A stretch of DNA of 64,000 nucleotides from Tetramitus jugosus (Eukaryota > Protista > Heterolobosea). Below the pieces are notes generated by a model that was not told the DNA's origin, made no database searches, and saw only the letters and a program-made list of their open reading frames with translations. The stretch spans positions 626,887-690,886 of the forward strand of contig OW569345.1 in the NCBI GenBank assembly GCA_937625935.1, given 5' to 3'. The position numbers were made by a program, and so were the translations under genes. Shown here piece by piece: positions 20,301 through 29,750 of the stretch (within the stretch, counting starts at the first letter, position 1; each line of letters starts with the position of its first letter).

Positions 20301-21690
20301 TAGAAAGAATAATGTACTCCGAACAAGCGATGGTTATGTTCTGTTCCGGAACTTTGCTTTACCATGCATTGCAGATCATTTTGGTCAATACAATACAATT
20401 GCTCCCGAAGTTGTCACCGGTGGATACAAGGCTATAAGCACAAAAGCTGATGTGTACAGTTGTGCCGTGATAATATTTGAAATGATAATGCAGCAGGAGT
20501 ACAACAAAGATCGCACATCCTACGATAATGACTCAGCTAAGAACCTTGTTCCTGAAAAAACTTGGCGATTAATTGGTCCTTATCTGAGACCTGATGTTGA
20601 AATCCGTAATCCTGACGCTCGACACGCTCTGGAACTCTTCTTGGCTTACAAGGCCGATTTGATCAGCACCCCACTAAGTGATGATGCGGATGAGATTATG
20701 AAAGAGTTGCAGTACATGAATGTACACAATACCTTGTCAACGAACAAATTCATTAGAACGAAGTGTGACGCATATTCCTTTAATGACCACAGAGAGAGAC
20801 GCATATCATTTGAAGCAAACAATCAGATTTCAAAGTGTATAGCGAAGATTAAAGAAACGATAGAGGGTATTGTGCATCTTACTACCGAAGAGACAACCGC
20901 ACTGCAAAACTTGGATCAATTCCTATCAACGAATCCCTCTGATCCTTCAGCTGCTTCTCAGTTCACGAGTGAAGCAACCTATTCGTTGATTCACAAGCTG
21001 CTGACACAAATGCCCGATCAATTTATGGCACTGGACTTGTTCAGATTATTCGTTTTGAACTCGAAGATTCTTCCAACTGTGCTATCTGCCAAGCACGTAC
21101 ACATTGTGGATGAACTTTTGAACAACGCAAGAGATAATTATGCCAACTTGTCTATGAACTCAAAGTTGATGTTAAATAGATTGTTGTGTAATATTTCTGC
21201 TGATGCGAGTGGAAGAGCTTACTTGTCTTCCACTTCTGAAAAGAGATCAATTATTGCTGGACTCATTGGTCGTGGGCTCATACTGAAAGGAGACAACGAG
21301 AAATCTGTCGGAGGTGTCCGTGTCACAGCAGCTGCCTTGGCACTGAATATGCGATTGGATATTCACAAGCCGGCTATTGATTGCGATAGTGTGTCCTTGC
21401 AGTTAAATGACGACACGAGAAAACTAGTGCTTGCCATTTTGTTTAGTCTCAAGGCTGCACAACCAGTATTTGCCGAAGACATCATTCATCGTCTCTCCGT
21501 AACCTTGTACTCTCTGCTCAAGCAGGATGACCTCATTCTGTCTCTTGTCTTGTCCAGGAAGGACTTTAAGGTGGAAGAACTGGAGTCTGTCATCTCTGCT
21601 CAGAGTGAAGCTCTTTCTCTTGCATTGAAGTCACTTCTTGCACTACCGTCAGCCCAGATCACCAAACCCAGTGTACTCGAGGATATTTGA
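17338..21690 (+). CDS. Ankyrin repeats, pseudokinase and PUL-like C-terminal domain
   Basis: About 11 ankyrin repeats (TAMMFAA, TALHFAA, TPLMYAA, TPLHRAA). Kinase-fold motifs HGNIRKNN, NFA, IAPE and KADVYS. C-terminal FMALDLFRLFVLN..LMLNRLLCNI..RVTAAALALN resembles the PLAA/Doa1 PUL domain. Confidence 0.75.
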   Translation: MPIKPNFNNSNHEHDDDQTDQYVLLVYTTAKKQQQQATMTSLQSDDNDNDDSSSASTEVIQRWREFSLPIQAHRVEDWCGLQNLRYYRITTSNNDSRASSVMAASRSLINNNKNNKDKNQKALTVYDDVEIGAKKLRHGCSYMVCGFTSSNSGEDDGRQKFQFFPSTTGWNDPDSDTDSDLSMEDMDGFNRWASSMSNNNNYFFQGSSSGGHSFYNDTMMDHDDDDRVPGLEPIGTTMMTYGNQSSSSSTAIYESDDESQRQRVGQLLPMQSLGEEKHYNASSYYDEDDQQLTSDDQWNARSYYSTYEESHDSYLVSGGTSTTGGGDNDEEDRYSTIALQFVILTEVDYNEAVVLTFGQTLEQALINYYDSLLIDFDREHCIVDDMGSYDLLEQREHCTLNYQLILAASEGNTDRIELLLTLSERAINPAYQTMDGMTAMMFAAKKGHKSILEMLLANPTAKTTIDLAEKEQNWTALHFAAGTNQEDCFRLLVENGANVCVFDKDGYSVLHLALCNKATDIVDTCLELVTKEDDMRSLNRPNNEGSTPVVLAIVHHHYSTAISMINKLEDLDLSIPDTDGYTPLIHAIKEEEFELVKCILNHPSGLATIDYRSRSGKTPLMYAASMDQLDVMEELLSHGADIDLRDIVRDYSAVMFALDHSNLQAARLLIANGCDVRSKYDDMTVAEFCTINGYIEVLEQLVEAGVDINIGSNEESGDETTHVQDTLLLAISSNDVDKIRQLLQSSQVDANKKHEITGETPLHRAAANGNPEIMTLLLSLCSDINIQDTFGRTPLHVARYCKHLAVADELTQMGADETIRDLSGVCPCAIFPTTECILVDQAKVTKIQHIGPASPIVPQGQLYQASFNNQIVELTEYTIATKEEAIDTCRRLVLLQQRLPKLYNHILPSAEKQQKADASIYSLFPRIHGFYFHENTVGIIQDLPTIEAIPFDIHSTEGRSVSLKMDLSIQVWSNLAILHSIGLTHGNIRKNNVLRTSDGYVLFRNFALPCIADHFGQYNTIAPEVVTGGYKAISTKADVYSCAVIIFEMIMQQEYNKDRTSYDNDSAKNLVPEKTWRLIGPYLRPDVEIRNPDARHALELFLAYKADLISTPLSDDADEIMKELQYMNVHNTLSTNKFIRTKCDAYSFNDHRERRISFEANNQISKCIAKIKETIEGIVHLTTEETTALQNLDQFLSTNPSDPSAASQFTSEATYSLIHKLLTQMPDQFMALDLFRLFVLNSKILPTVLSAKHVHIVDELLNNARDNYANLSMNSKLMLNRLLCNISADASGRAYLSSTSEKRSIIAGLIGRGLILKGDNEKSVGGVRVTAAALALNMRLDIHKPAIDCDSVSLQLNDDTRKLVLAILFSLKAAQPVFAEDIIHRLSVTLYSLLKQDDLILSLVLSRKDFKVEELESVISAQSEALSLALKSLLALPSAQITKPSVLEDI

Positions 21691-22009
21691 TAAGGTTGGA
21701 CAATAAAAGAGAACCTTACTGTGCAGCGAAATGTATAAAAATACAATAGTTGAACTCTTTTGACGTCATCGAACCCAACCACAGCCACAACAAATAGGAT
21801 GAATCCTTTTTAAAAAAACCTCCTCCTTCCAAGAACCCAGTCGAACGAACCATACCCAACAGCTCTCTGAAATCAAACATCAACGACCCCCACTATCCCC
21901 TTCGTCCGAACACGGTCTGGCAGAAAAAAAGAAGCAGGAAAAAACAATCATCCAAAAATCAAAATCGATCAAAGAACAAAAACAACACAACAACAACAAC
22001 CATAACAAA

Positions 22010-22868
22010 ATGAACACAGGAAACAAAGTAGAAATCAAGGTCGTACTCGTCGGAAGTGTAGGCGTAGGAAAAACTTCGACGGTACTACGGTTCATCAAAG
22101 ACAATTTCAAAGAATATTTAGAGACGACGATTGGAGCGTCATACATGTCCAGAAATATGACTGTAGAGGATATGGTCATCAATTATAATGTCTGGGATAC
22201 GGGTGCGTACATACATGTTTTACTTGACGTCAATCATAATGGCAAAAAAACGAAAAAGCTAAACCATTTCTTTATTTATGTATACATTTCATTGTTGAAC
22301 AAATTGGCTACCACCAACTGTTTTTGTTGCTGTTGCTGCTTGTCTGTGGAAAACGTATGTGTGTTACTTTTTTTTGGGGCGCTTCCCAGCTGGACAAGAA
22401 AAATTCCATTCTCTCGTTCCTCTGTACTTTAGAAAAGCAACGGCCGTTTTGGTCGTGTATGATTTATCAAGACAAAAGACGTATGAAGATGCAAAACAAT
22501 GGGTGAAAGCTCTGAGAAATCACGCACCAGAAAATGCAATTATCGCACTTGCTGGCAATAAGCTCGATCTTGCTAATTTGAGAGACGTTGAAACTGAAGA
22601 GGCCAAACAGTATGCCAACGAAATTGGCGCCATTTTTAGAGAAACGTCGGCAAAGGACTCTACGGGCATTATTCAAATTTTTGAAGAGATTGGAAGGACT
22701 CATTTGAACAGAATTGGCGAAAGCAGGAGAGCTGATCGTCGCGATGACAATCGTGGTCATGGCAATGTAGGTGTCAATACCGGTAGCCATGACGCAGATT
22801 CAGATGTGCCCAACCTGAATGGAGGAAACAATGGAACGTCGCCACCGCCACGAAGAATCTGTTGTTAA
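22010..22868 (+). CDS. Rab GTPase (Rab5/Rab22-like); intron 22203-22389
   Basis: GSVGVGKT, TTIGASY, WDT|AGQE after splicing GTGCGT...CCCAG, GNKLD, ETSAK and a C-terminal CC prenylation motif. Confidence 0.92.
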
Positions 22869-23316
22869 TACCAAGCTTTTGATGCTGCTGCTGCTGCTGT
22901 GTGATGTGACATTTGTGCGTCATTAAAAATATGGAAAGCTTTTGACTTGATTCGATGTCAGGGTAACAAATAATAATAATACTGCTGCTGCTGCTACGAA
23001 TCGATCAGGTGAGCAAACAGAAGAATCTGATATGTGTGTAGCTATAGTATGATGATCAGGTGAGCGAACACGATTCAGGGAAACTGGGAGAGAAGTGTGC
23101 TGCCCTGAATCCCATGGGATATTCGTTGTGTGCAAGTGATGTGTACAGCTGTCTCTGTATCAATTGCACTCAATCGTGTCGTACCTAACTAAATTGACAG
23201 ATATTTATAAATAAAGAAAGCTCTCCAGATTGTTTGTCTGACAACAGCGCGCCATATTTTTCTACGGAAAATGGAGCAATTTGGAGCTCTAAACTCAATA
23301 CCGAAGAACGAACAGA

Positions 23317-24378
23317 ATGAGCAACCATATCGATCCTTTAGATTCTGGAATAGGATCGTACAGCAACAATGGAGCTTCGTCTTCTACTCCCATGAGAAGA
23401 ACGATCTCGAGTAGACCTTCCAGTGCTGCCTCCTCGTCCAAGCAACACTCCACTATCCTTCAACAACAGCCATCCTCTTCGTCATTGAGACCACTGTCTT
23501 CTGCTTCATCCTCCCAACAACACTCGCTGTCATCTCATCAGCATCCATTGAGATCTCACAACTCCACAGCAATACGGCCTACCACTACTTCTTCTGCTTC
23601 CTATGCTCATTCTCAAGCTCTACCGCCACAACAACAGCAATCACAGCTCCAACAACAACAATTACCACCTTCTTCAGCACATGTCATTCAACCAACCAAC
23701 TATTTTGTGGTTGTGGTCAATGGAATGATTTGTCATGCAGAGTATCCAGGATCAGGCAACCTCTGTTGCAATTACAAGTTCATCTATGGTCCAGACTGGG
23801 AAGTAGTGAGAGTAACTGGGGAGAGTGCTTGTCTCATTAATGGTATGACTCAAGTCGCAGAGAGAGCACCTGGAACAAGACCCATATTCACCTGGAACTT
23901 CCCATTGGAGATTACATTCAGAAGCACAAATCCATTTGGATGGCCAAAGCTGGTAGTCACTGTCTCACAACCCAATGGCAAAGGAAGTTTCCCTATTGTC
24001 GGGTATGGGTGGTGTCATGTTCCACTATCGGCCGGTCGATACAGCAATGTGATTCGATTGTTTAAGCCGAGACCATCCTCCATGATTCAGGGCATACTGG
24101 CTTCTATTACAGGCAAACAACCTGAAATCATCAATATAGCAACAGTATGCTCTGATGAAGGTCGAGAGGTCATGAGAACAGTGAGTGAGGGAGCGGTTAA
24201 GGTCACATTCGACATTGTCACAAAGGATATGAACCAGTTCGGATTCGAAAAGCCAGAGGCAAGAAACTATCAGCACTCGCAGTTGCACATAGGGATGGCA
24301 GCCAATGCAGATCCAGATGTGCTAGCAGATGAATATTCGAGCTTGGTAGATCAAGTGGGAAGTCGGAAGTTGTCCTAA
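23317..24378 (+). CDS. B9D1: B9 domain ciliary transition-zone protein B9D1/MKSR1 with an S/Q-rich N-terminal extension
   Basis: YGPDW, WNFPLEITFRSTNPFGWPKLV, GYGWCHVP and EGREVMRTVSEG. Confidence 0.9.
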   Translation: MSNHIDPLDSGIGSYSNNGASSSTPMRRTISSRPSSAASSSKQHSTILQQQPSSSSLRPLSSASSSQQHSLSSHQHPLRSHNSTAIRPTTTSSASYAHSQALPPQQQQSQLQQQQLPPSSAHVIQPTNYFVVVVNGMICHAEYPGSGNLCCNYKFIYGPDWEVVRVTGESACLINGMTQVAERAPGTRPIFTWNFPLEITFRSTNPFGWPKLVVTVSQPNGKGSFPIVGYGWCHVPLSAGRYSNVIRLFKPRPSSMIQGILASITGKQPEIINIATVCSDEGREVMRTVSEGAVKVTFDIVTKDMNQFGFEKPEARNYQHSQLHIGMAANADPDVLADEYSSLVDQVGSRKLS

Positions 24379-24638
24379 ATAAACTGTCAACCTGGGGTGA
24401 ACATTGAATGGTCTTCCAAAGTTGCACAGAAAAAGGAAAGGTTATGATTCTCTGTGCAACATGAGAAGATGAATCACGTTATTGAATTCGCAGATTGTCA
24501 ATTTAGTTTGTTCGATCTGGATTCTGGATCTTGAACTTCATTTTTAGTGTCGGGATGCGCCAACAAAAACAAAAAAACTCCCTTCACACACAACAAACAA
24601 CAAAACTCGAAAACAAAAAAAAAACCAACTCACACATC

Positions 24639-27600
24639 ATGTCCACCACAAACACTGAACCAACTGTTGATCAACAAGCATCACCAGTCGATGCTGCTGC
24701 CGACAAGAAACAAAAAAAGAAGAAGGCTCTTCAAACTCAACAACACTTTGTCAATGAGACACCATTGGGTCAAAAAAAGGACAGAACAAAGGAATTGGAC
24801 AATGCATACTATCCAGCTTCCGTTGAGTCTGCATGGTATGACTATTGGGAGCAAAGTGGATACTTTAAGGCTGACAATGAAGATTCAACACGAGAAAAAT
24901 TTGTTATTGTGATTCCACCACCTAATGTGACTGGAGCTTTGCATTTGGGTCACGCATTGACTGTTTCGATCCAAGATTGCTTGTGCAGATGGTATGTGGT
25001 GTGAACATTTTTCTATACATTGTTTTTGTGTTGTCTCGCACACACATGTCTTGTCTCACGAGAGAGAAAAAGCTTTTTTTTTGTTTTACTGAAAAAAATA
25101 ACGGTGATCGCTAACATGTCTTGTTTTTTTCTCTCTGTTCACATAGGAAGAGAATGCAAGGTAAGAATGTCTTGTATTTGCCTGGTGTTGATCACGCTGG
25201 TATCGCTACACAAGTCGTTGTTGAAAAAATGCTTGATAAACAACAGGCGCACTTGGACAAGGACGATCGTGTCAATAGACATCACTTGGGTCGTGAGGCA
25301 TTTGTCGAAAAGGTCTGGGAATGGAAGGATCAATATGGCAAGAGAATTAACAGTCAATTGAGAAGAACAGGTGCTTCACTCGATTGGTCAAGAGAGCGAT
25401 TCACAATGGACGAACAATTGTCAAAGGCTGTGAATGAGGCGTTTGTTCGCATGTACGAATCCGGTATCATCTACCGTGATACCAAGCTTGTCAATTGGTG
25501 TTGTCATTTGAAGACTGCCATCTCCAATATCGAAGTGGACCACAAGGAATTTGATGCACCAGAGAGAATCAATGTCCCTGGTCACTATGAGAAGAAAAAG
25601 TATGACTTTGGTTATATTTGGTCTTTTGCTTACAAGGTTGAGGACTCTGATCAGGAGATTGTTGTGTCTACGACACGTCCAGAAACAATGCTCGGTGATA
25701 CTGCTGTTGCTGTTCACCCTGATGATGCAAGATACAAGGCCTTGCATGGCAAGTGTGTCATTCATCCATTCAACGGTCGCAGAATTCCAATCATTACGGA
25801 TGCTGTTCTCGTTGATCCTGCTTTCGGTACTGGTGCGGTCAAGATTACCCCTGCTCACGATCCAAACGATTACGAGTGTGGTAAGAGACACAAGCTTCCA
25901 TTCATCAACATTTTCACTGATGATGGTAAGTTGAACGAAAATGGTGCTCCATTCGAAGGCATGTTGAGATATGATGCTCGTGAAGCTGTCATCAAGGGAT
26001 TGGAAGAGAAGGGATTGTTCAAGGGCAGAGAACCACACAAGCTTGCTATTGGTAAGTGCAGCAGATCTGGTGACATTATTGAACCAATGTTAAAGCCTCA
26101 ATGGTACGTTGATTGCAAGGACGTTGCCAAGACTGCTGTTGAAAAGGTCAGAAACGGTGAACTAAAGATTCAACCGGAAAGAGAAAAGGACACATGGTAC
26201 AAGTGGTTGGAAAACATTCAAGATTGGTGTATTTCTAGACAATTGTGGTGGGGTCACAGAATACCTGCCTATTTGGCCTACGTTGTCGGTCAAGAGGCAT
26301 CTGTTGACAGGAATGCTACTGACTCGTGGATCGTTGCCAGAACTCGTGAAGAAGCAATGAAGAAGGCTATTGAGAAGTTGGGTGTCGCAGAAGACCAGAT
26401 TGTCTTGGAACAAGATGAGGATGTCTTGGATACTTGGTTCTCATCCGGTCTCTTCCCATTCTCAACCATGGGCTGGCCAAATGAAGATGCTGCTGATTTC
26501 AAGGCCTTCTATCCAAATCAATTGCTCGAAACTGGTGTTGATATCATCTTCTTCTGGGTTGCCAGAATGGTTATGATGGGATTGCAATTGACTGGTAAGC
26601 TGCCATTCGAGAATGTTTTGCTCCATGCCTTGGTCAGAGACAAGGACGGCAAGAAGATGTCCAAGAGTTTGGGTAATGTCATTGATCCTATCGATGTCAT
26701 CCAAGGTACCACATTGGAGAACTTGCACAAGCAATTGTCCTCTGGTAACTTGAGCCCTCTCGAAATGGAGAGAGCAAGCAACTTGCAAAAGAAGCAATAC
26801 CCAGAAGGTATTCCAGAGTGTGGTGTCGATGCTCTGAGATTCACCTTGTTGAACTTCTCTACCCCTGAGGGCAGAGATATCAACATGGATGTCATGCGTG
26901 TCTACGGTTACAGAACATTCTGTAACAAACTGTTCAATGCTGTCAAGTTTGGTTTGGTCAACTTGGAAGGATTTGTCCCAACATTGGACGAAATTCCATC
27001 TGCTGATGACAAGAATTTGAGCTTTGCTGACAGATGGATTCTCAGCAGACTGGACCAAGCCATCATTGATTGTGATTCTGCTCTGTCCGGTAACGACTTT
27101 AGCAAGTACACCACTGCTTGCTACGACTTCTTCTTGAAGGAGGTTTGCGATGTCTACTTGGAAGCCATTAAGCCAGTCATGTACCTCGATCCAACTGCCA
27201 GCGAAGAAAACGCAACCAGAAGAAGAGCTTCTCAACTCGTTCTGTTCACTGTTTTGGAAATTTCCTTGCGATTGATGCACCCTGCTATGCCATTCATTAC
27301 TGAAGAACTGTGGCAGAGACTTCCTCACATTCCTCTCTTGCCAAAGAACAGAGAATCAATCATGATCAACCCATATCCAACTTCAACCGGATGGAAGAAT
27401 CAACAAGTTGAAGATGACATGAACTTTGTCAACGATGTCATTCACAAGATTAGATCCGCCAAGGCAAACAACAACTTGAACAACAAGCAAAAGCCAGATA
27501 TTTACGCAAAGATTTCTGATGCTCACCTCGCTGAAGTTGTTTCCAACCAAGCCTCTGATATTGAACTCTTGTCCTTCTCAGGTAAGGTTCATGTCGTCAC

Positions 27601-27916
27601 TCCAGATACTGCTGTTCCTGAGGGATGCTCTATGGAAGTTGTCAACGCACAATGTGAATTGCACATCAACCTGGAAGGTCTCATTGATTACACTGAGGAA
27701 ATCTCCAAGCAACAAAAGTTGCGCGCAAAGTTGGACGGTGCGCTGTCTGGTCTGTTGAAGAAGATGACCATGCCTGCCTATCAGACCAAGGTCCCAGAGA
27801 AGGTCCGTAACGACGATATCAAGAAGGCTGAACAATGGAAGTCAGAGTTGGAGAAGTTTGATCAAGCTATTGCTGCCATGCAAAAAATGCAAGCCAAATC
27901 CGAATCAGCCAACTAA
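24639..27916 (+). CDS. VARS1: Valyl-tRNA synthetase; intron 24992-25146
   Basis: PPPNVTGALHLGH (HIGH), DHAGIATQ, TTRPET, DWCISRQLWWGH, KMSKS and a C-terminal coiled coil. Splicing GTATGT...GCTAAC...TAG joins the two ORFs as CRW|KRM. Confidence 0.97.
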
Positions 27917-28025
27917 ATGTGTTTACAATAAAACAATTGAAACATAAATACGAAATTTTCATGAAAAATGACATGCCTAACTTTTATTTTCTGTACAGAT
28001 CAAATGATATCAGATCAAGCTGCAT

Positions 28026-29153
28026 CTACTGATACAATGATTGTTGATAGGATCCTTGTTGTTGCACGTTTGGTGAGAGAGATCTAGGTGGTCCAGGGTA
28101 CATTCGCACAGGAGGCAATGTCTGCTGTTGTTGTGGTGGCATCATTTGATGTGGTGCAAGTGTTGCTTGCCTCATCATGGCAGGTGCTGCATGATGTTGT
28201 GGAGGGTAAGCTGGGATAGTGCTGGATTGGAGCACTGGTTGCTCTTCAATCTGCTGTTGCTGTTGTTGTTGTTCCAACAACATTCTTCTCTCCTTGTTTA
28301 GCTTATTCGCTCTGTAGGCAATCAAATGAATGAGCAAGCAGAATCCCCAAGCAGCCCACACAATCAAGAACCAAGGTGCCCCATGAAAGTGTCTATCATA
28401 GCAGTACACAACCAACAGAATAAAGTTGATTGTAACATACACGATGAAATGAACAGAAAAGTGACTAAACAATGGTGAGAATGCCTTGTAGTTGGCATGG
28501 ATCGCAAATAGACCCATCATGGTCACAACCGGAAAAACAGCCCAAGGATAGTCCCTTCCCGCCATAAAATTCATTACAATAAGCATCGCACTAGTCAAAA
28601 AAGAAACTGCGCCGTGAACCGCAAAAAGCTTTTGAGATTGGGACCATCCGACACTTGCGCCTTGACCATTATCAGCTGCACTCATAATGGAAGGATAACC
28701 CATCACAAAGACCAGTGCCCATGCCATACATGATGCATAAATAATGTGAAGGGGCCAGAAATAACGTCCAGGTGTTGTCAACAGCCACAAACAAGTACAG
28801 AACATGCTGAAACTACCCAACATGAAACCAATTCTCAACAATGTCTTTGCCTTTGGATGATTAGACAGATACAGTTGATCTACAACTGCATTTTCAGTCT
28901 CATTAAAGTCATTGATACGAACGGCTGTCGTAATGGTTTGCAAGAAGGGATTTTGTTGTGGAGGCAGTTGTTGTTGCAACTGTGGTTGTTGGATGGGTAG
29001 TTGTTGTTGCTGTTGTTGAGGTTGAGGTGGTTGTTGTTGTGGATAACCTAGAGAACTAGTGGCATAGGCTTGTTGTTGAGGTTGTTGGGGAATGGATGGG
29101 TAGACCTGAGGATGAAGGCCATTATCGAATGGGTTTGGATTTGGATGATTCAT
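28026..29153 (-). CDS. Membrane protein with three 2TM-domain-like repeats and P/Q-rich termini
   Basis: Three helical hairpins ending in TPGRYFWPLH, GRDYPWAVFP and GAPWFLIVWAAWGFCLLIH, similar to Pfam 2TM as recalled. Confidence 0.6.
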   Translation of the reverse strand: MNHPNPNPFDNGLHPQVYPSIPQQPQQQAYATSSLGYPQQQPPQPQQQQQQLPIQQPQLQQQLPPQQNPFLQTITTAVRINDFNETENAVVDQLYLSNHPKAKTLLRIGFMLGSFSMFCTCLWLLTTPGRYFWPLHIIYASCMAWALVFVMGYPSIMSAADNGQGASVGWSQSQKLFAVHGAVSFLTSAMLIVMNFMAGRDYPWAVFPVVTMMGLFAIHANYKAFSPLFSHFSVHFIVYVTINFILLVVYCYDRHFHGAPWFLIVWAAWGFCLLIHLIAYRANKLNKERRMLLEQQQQQQQIEEQPVLQSSTIPAYPPQHHAAPAMMRQATLAPHQMMPPQQQQTLPPVRMYPGPPRSLSPNVQQQGSYQQSLYQ

Positions 29154-29481
29154 TGTTGTTCTAAAGGATGTTTGTTTGATTTTTTGGGTTTGCTTGAGGA
29201 AAAAAGTTGGGTGCTTTTTCAGAGCGAAGAAATCTTGTGCGCAATGGGAGTTCCTTTTTGTTGCTCCAGTTCCGAAATTGACCCTCGTTCTCTACACATC
29301 GGACTTTTGCAAAAACAGAACGACCAAGCCTTGGAAACAGTGGAGGATTGGATCAGGAGTATTCACAAGAGAATAAAAAGTGAAGCGAACAGCCTCTCTT
29401 AATTGAATCCACATTCCGCTTATATTAGAGAACGGATAAATTTTGAAATTCTTTATTTTTCAAAATTTTGACTAACATGTC

Positions 29482-29554
29482 CCTCTGATAGCTCAGATGG
29501 TAGAGCATGAGACTGTAGATCTTGTGGTCGCGTGTTCGAGTCACGCTCGGAGGA
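29482..29554 (+). tRNA. trnY-GTA: tRNA-Tyr (GTA), intronless
   Basis: Acceptor CCTCTGA/TCGGAGG+A73 with the eukaryotic C1-G72 Tyr identity pair, D arm GCTC..GAGC, anticodon arm TGAGA-CTGTAGA-TCTTG, T arm GCGTG-TTCGAGT-CACGC, and TTTT at 29558-29561. Confidence 0.93.
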
Positions 29555-29750
29555 ACCTTTTGCTTCCGTTGTGTCGTTGGAATCGGCTGTTATTCTGACT
29601 TTGGATTGTTTTCGACATCACGCTGGAATTATTTTGAGTTCGTGACTTTTTGTTTTGACATCACACCAAAACCAAAACACACCAAAGCATCTCTATCTCA
29701 CTTCACCAATATCCAACATCCAATAAGGTGGTCCACACAAGCGAGACAAC

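Noticed and set aside
26462-27328. Long antisense ORFs over ValRS (and likewise over LETM1 and V-ATPase a)
   Set aside because: These are shadow ORFs caused by biased codon usage in conserved genes and have no motifs of their own.
29250-29480. Related retroelement upstream of tRNA-Tyr
   Set aside because: There is only a 9-bp match (TGGAGCAAC on the minus strand), with no TSD or poly(A) tail.
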